The notes below the pieces were generated by a model, which was not told where the DNA came from, searched no databases, and saw only the letters and a list, made by a program, of their open reading frames with translations. From Cyanophora paradoxa CCMP329 (Eukaryota > Plantae > Glaucophyta), in NCBI GenBank assembly GCA_004431415.1, contig QPMI01000101.1, positions 1 through 64,000 of the forward strand: 64,000 bases of DNA. The letters run 5' to 3'. Positions 59,657 to 64,000 of this stretch are shown piece after piece. The position numbers and the translations under genes are program-made. Each line of letters starts with the position of its first letter. The first letter of the stretch is position 1.

Positions 59657-60570
59657 ATGCGCTGCGAGCCGAGCCACGCGTACGACTTCGCGCGGACGGT
59701 CCGCCTCAACTGCGTCCCATTCGAGGACGACGGGGGGCCCGACGCCTTCGACATTGACCCCGACCCGCGCCGGGCCCGCGCGTACGCCCCGGAGCCGCTG
59801 CCGGACGGCGCCGGGGATGTGGGGGCGGGGCAGCCGAGCGGGGCGGCGGGGGAGGGGGGCCCCGAGGCCGACCTGCCGGGGCTCCTCAGGAAGCTGGCGG
59901 CGCAGATCGGGCTGAGGGTCAGCTCCGCCCCCCCCCCCCCCCTCACCCCGCTCGGGCGCGTGCGCGCCTCGCTGACGTGCCTCCCGTCGATCCGCAGCGT
60001 GTCCCCGGGCGCGACCGGTCCGCCCCGGAGTGGCGATCGGCGTCCGTCTCGCCCAAGCTGCCCCCCATCCCCGAGGCAGAGGACTCCCCCAGGCGGCGCA
60101 CCCGCTCCGTACCCCCCGACAAGCCCTCGCCCGCCGCCCCCGCCGCCGCCCCGCGGCCCCTGCCCCTCACCCCGCGCTCCGACTCCTTCCCCTCCTCGAG
60201 CTCCAGGTTCGGGGGGAGCCCCGCGAGCCCCCCCGCGGCCGACGCCGTCCGCCGCCCCGTGTCCCTCCCCTCCCTCGGGGCCTCCAAGCTGATCCTCTCG
60301 CCCCGCAAGCCCACCGCGGAGGCCCCAGCCTCGGTCGGGCGTAGCCCGCGGGACCGGGCGCTGCGGAGCCCCCGGGAGCGGGCCCTCCGCGCGCCCCTGC
60401 CGCCCAGCATGTCCCTGCCGCCCCCCGCCCTCTCCCCCCGGCGGCGCCGCCCGACGCGCTCCCTCCGCGTCCGCTTCGCCCTCCCCGAATCGGATCCCGA
60501 GGAGGCGGCGGAGGCGGACCCCGACCTCTCCGCCCTCTGCGGCCTCCCGCCCCTCTCCGCTCGCTGGTAG
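59657..60570 (+). CDS. Hypothetical Pro/Ser/Arg-rich protein with an RVRF motif; start uncertain
   Basis: Two coding-like exons joined by a C-rich intron (~59918-59997). Ends SLRVRFALPESDPEE..PPLSARW*. Confidence 0.45.
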
Positions 60571-61446
60571 CTCCCCCTGCAGCCCTGGGAGCCCGTCGGC
60601 CGCGAAGTCGACCTTTACTATTGATGCATGTACTTGGATCCTTGCTTGCACTCGCCGTTAGCCTAGTGGGTTTTGAGCTAGCGCGCTCGCTTTTGTTTCA
60701 ATTTCGGGTTGGAGTCGTATCCATTTTATTTCTGTATACGTAGGTGTCACAGTGTGGTCACTCCAGAATCCTTCATTGCTATCGTTTCGGCTTTTGCTTG
60801 TATATGTACAATTCTATATAGTGCAGACGATGAACATGGCTTTGTTTTGTACAGTCGGAGAAGATGTACTTCGATATTATTTTTCTTCGTGGTCTGAATT
60901 GATCAAGCCTGGAAGTGATCATTTCGTATTCAAATTCCCTGCTCGTTTACTCCGCGGTTAGTTCTCGCCGCGCGCTAGTATATACGTAGTGCATACTGTA
61001 TGTAGCACGCTATGCGCAATCGTGATTGAGGTTGATGCTTGCAATTGAGCAGTGACATCGACTGCCGCAGCCGCAGTCCTGCAGCTGTACTGTCCTGTAC
61101 CCAGACGTCGACACACTACCAGCTGTACCTGCACGTGCACTGCAGACTAGCTGCAGCCCGGCCCACCTACCTAGCACGCCAACCCAGCCTACCACGCGGA
61201 TAGCACACCAGCCCCTTCGAGGATGCCTTACCCGGTAAGCGCTAGCTTCGCGATCGATCGCGATGCAGTTTGATCAACACTCGGAAAATATGCACATGAA
61301 TATGCACAGTGGGGCAAACAGACGCTGTGCAAGGCTTCGGATTCTCGCCTCCACGCATCTCTTGTCTCGGCATCGAAAAGAGTTCAGCAATGTTTGTCTA
61401 TTTCGAATTGTCCACAAATAAGAAACGGCTGCGGGGCCGGGGAGGG

Positions 61447-64000
61447 CTAGGTGCGGCCCGAGGAGCTGCCGCCGGTGCGCCCCTCGAGGCCGGCGTCGTC
61501 GTCCCACTCCTCCTCCATCTCCATCTCCTCGCCCCCGGGCCCCGTGTACGCCTGCGCGCGCGAGGGTCCACGGAGGATCTAGAGGGGGGTACGCTCGGCC
61601 GGTCGGTCGCGCACGTCGCTGTCGTCGATGGATGCGGAGGAGGGGGACGAGCCCGAGCTGCTCCCGTGGGGCGAGCCGGCCCCGCTGCCCGCCCCCGCGC
61701 CCACGCCGGCGCCGCGCCGCAGCCCGAAGGCCCGCGCGACATCCAAGCCCCCGCGGCGGCCGCCGCCCGCCCGCCGCTCAGGTCGTCGTCGTCGTCGTCC
61801 TCGTCGTCGTCCTCGCTGAGGTGGTGCAGGCGCCGGGCGTGCCGCGCGTGCCGCCGGAGGGGGATCGCCCCCGAGGCCGCGATTGCCGAGACCGCGTCCA
61901 GCGCTGCGAACGAAGGTCGGGGGTACGACGCGACCGCGGGGGGTACGCTTTCTCGCCTTCGGAGTCGAGCTCGAGGAGGGGGATGCAGCAGGGACCGTCC
62001 TCGCCGCCCGAGCGCCCGGGGCCGGCCCGCGCGGCGCGGGCGCCCCCGCAGCCGCCCGACCAGCCACCCCTCCAGGCGCCCGCCGCTGCTTCGGCGCGGC
62101 ACCCCGCGCCATGCGCGCCGCCGACGCCAGACGCGGGCGCCGCGTCGGCGCAGGGCGCGAAGAGGACCGGGCACTTCCACTGCGGCGCGCGCGCCGCCTC
62201 AGAGATTCGAAAGAGAGAAGACGGGGAGGGGCGGGGCGGGGGAGGGGCGGGGGGGGGGGGGGGGGGTAAAGGGGCACACCAGAAGGGCCTGGCACGCGCC
62301 CACAATCTCCAGCATGCCCCGCGCCGCGTCCCGCCTGGTCCCTGTGCGAGCCCCGACCACATCAGCGTCTCCGGAGTACGGGATTCGAGAAAAGAAAGGG
62401 GTACCCCGGAGGAGGCGGTACTGGTGGCGCAGATCGGCGATCGCGACGCCGTTGAGGACTGTGGCGCGCGCGTCGACTCGCTCGAGCCTGTCCGGGGAGC
62501 TCAGGGGGTACGCGATTGCTTCTAAGGGGCACGAACGCACCTGGCGCGGCGGAGGCCTGGGGCGCGAATGTCGTACCAGAGGGGGGCGTCCGGGGGGGGC
62601 GGCGGCGGGGCGCCGGGGGCCGGATAGGATGAGAAGGAGGCGGGCGGGGCGGGGCGGGGCGGGGCCGGCGCGGAGGGCGGGGCGGGGCGGGGGCCGGGGC
62701 CGCCGCAGAGGGCGACGGAGAGGGAGGCGAGGGCGGGGCAGTCGAAGCGGGCGGGGCCGGCCTCGACCCCGGCCAGGCGGATCGCGGCCTGCACGCGGCG
62801 CGCGTCGGCGAGAGGGGAGGGAGGGGGAAGGGAGGGGGCCGGGGCACCTCGCGGAGGAGGGGCAGGGCGACGTGGAGGCGGCGGACGGTGCGGGCGGGGG
62901 CGTCCACCTCGAGGCGCGCGAGGAGGTCCAGCCCGCACGCCACACGCACCACCAGGCCCACAGGCGCGCCCCGCGGCGGGGCGCACGAGGCCGGGGGGCC
63001 GGCGGGGGCGCCCCGGCGGAGGCCGGGGGCCTCGCGGCAGGCGAGGGAGCGGATGGGGTTCGGGGCGGGGGCCTCCCCGGGGCCCGTCTGGGGGAGGAAG
63101 CAGCGGCGGAAGTCGGCGGGGAGGAAGGGGAGGGCGACCTCGTGCGTCCCCGGGCCCGCCCGCACGCTCCCCTCGACCTCCCCCGCGCCCCCCGCGCCCC
63201 CCGCCGCCTCCTCCTCCGCCTCCTCCCCCTCGGCCTCCTCCCATCGGGGGTCGGGGTCGAGCTGGAGGACGGCGAGGCGCGGGAGGCCGCGGCAGACCAC
63301 CCGGAAGTAGCGCAGCCGCCGCCCCTCCACCCGCACCTCGAACCGCCCCGCCCCTCCCGCGCGCCCGCCCCGCCGCCGCCCCGCGCCCCTCGGGGAGGCC
63401 GGAGGAGCAGCTGCCGCTGGGGCTGCAGGGGGCGCCGGGCTCGGCGGGGGGCGGCTCGGGGGCCTCCGGGGGCGCGTCGAGGTCGAGGGAGAGGCGGCGG
63501 AGGGAGCGGGCGGCGAGGCGGAGGGAGCGGAGGGCGGGGAGGCCGCCGCCCAGGGCCACCTCGCCCGCCCCCGCCTCCAGCTCCAGCGACTCGAGCAGCG
63601 GCAGCGAGGCGACCCGCACCGAGGCCGCCCGCAGCGGGCCCAGCGCGAGCCGCCTCAGGCGCGGGAAGCCCGTGCGGGGCCGCCCGTGGAGGTCGAGGGG
63701 GGGAGGGCGGCCGGGGCGGCCCCGGGGCAGCCGGCCTCGAGGACCTCGAGGGAGGGGCAGCCGGCGGCGAGCGAGGCGAGCGAGGCCGGCACGAAGGGCA
63801 GGCACAGCCGCCGCAGCGAGCCGCAGCGCGCCACCACCTGCAGCGCCGGCGCCCGCGGCAGCCGGGCGGCAGCCGGCCCCGCGGGGGCGACGGCGGGGGA
63901 GGAGGGCGGGGGCGGAGTGGAGGGGGCGGGGTCGAGGGGCAGAGGGAGAGGACGGCCTCGGCGAGGGCGGGGCAGCGGAGTTCGAGGGACTCGAGGGCGG
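61447..64000 (-). CDS. Leucine-rich repeat (RNI-like / F-box-LRR type) protein; 5' part lies outside the window
   Basis: CGSLRRLCLP, CPSLEVLE, FPRLRRLAL, LPLLESLEL, LPALRSLRL and CPALASLSV, followed by an acidic tail ending ..GGSSSGRT*. Confidence 0.7.

Overview
This is intron-rich, very GC-rich nuclear DNA from a eukaryote, so the long six-frame ORFs are mostly artefacts and I stitched the genes together by eye across short (about 50-70 nt) introns. A plastid transit peptide with an early Phe on a cyanobacterial-type gene, plus a nicolin gene, suggests a flagellated primary-plastid alga, probably a glaucophyte such as Cyanophora (inference). About 16 genes can be read. In order: a PRMT7/9-type double methyltransferase running without a break into a Lines (LINS1) domain; a small Cys-repeat protein; a CorA Mg2+ transporter; a GT8 glycosyltransferase; RBM42; a C2-like protein; a membrane-anchored S8 subtilase; a protein with four CxH..HHAKGMCxxCY motifs; NICN1; the plastid-targeted cyanobacterial-type protein; a TPR protein; a serpin; a large FN3 + SLOG(LSDAT) + 2xSLATT gene; an AT-hook/LRR/PWWP/Myb chromatin protein; a hypothetical protein; and a partial LRR gene. 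Mobile and repeat DNA includes two hAT-like non-autonomous elements with exact 8-bp target-site duplications, a ~135-bp inverted copy inserted into the GT8 3' end with a 14-bp duplication, and a 32-bp tandem array. The strongest candidate for a novel system is the spliced eukaryotic FN3-SLOG-SLATT-SLATT gene, which has a prokaryotic conflict-system architecture. The intron grammar is also unusual: frequent AG|GC donors, sense-strand poly-C and a recurring GTACCCC motif. All family assignments are by motif recognition, without database searches, and exon boundaries are approximate.
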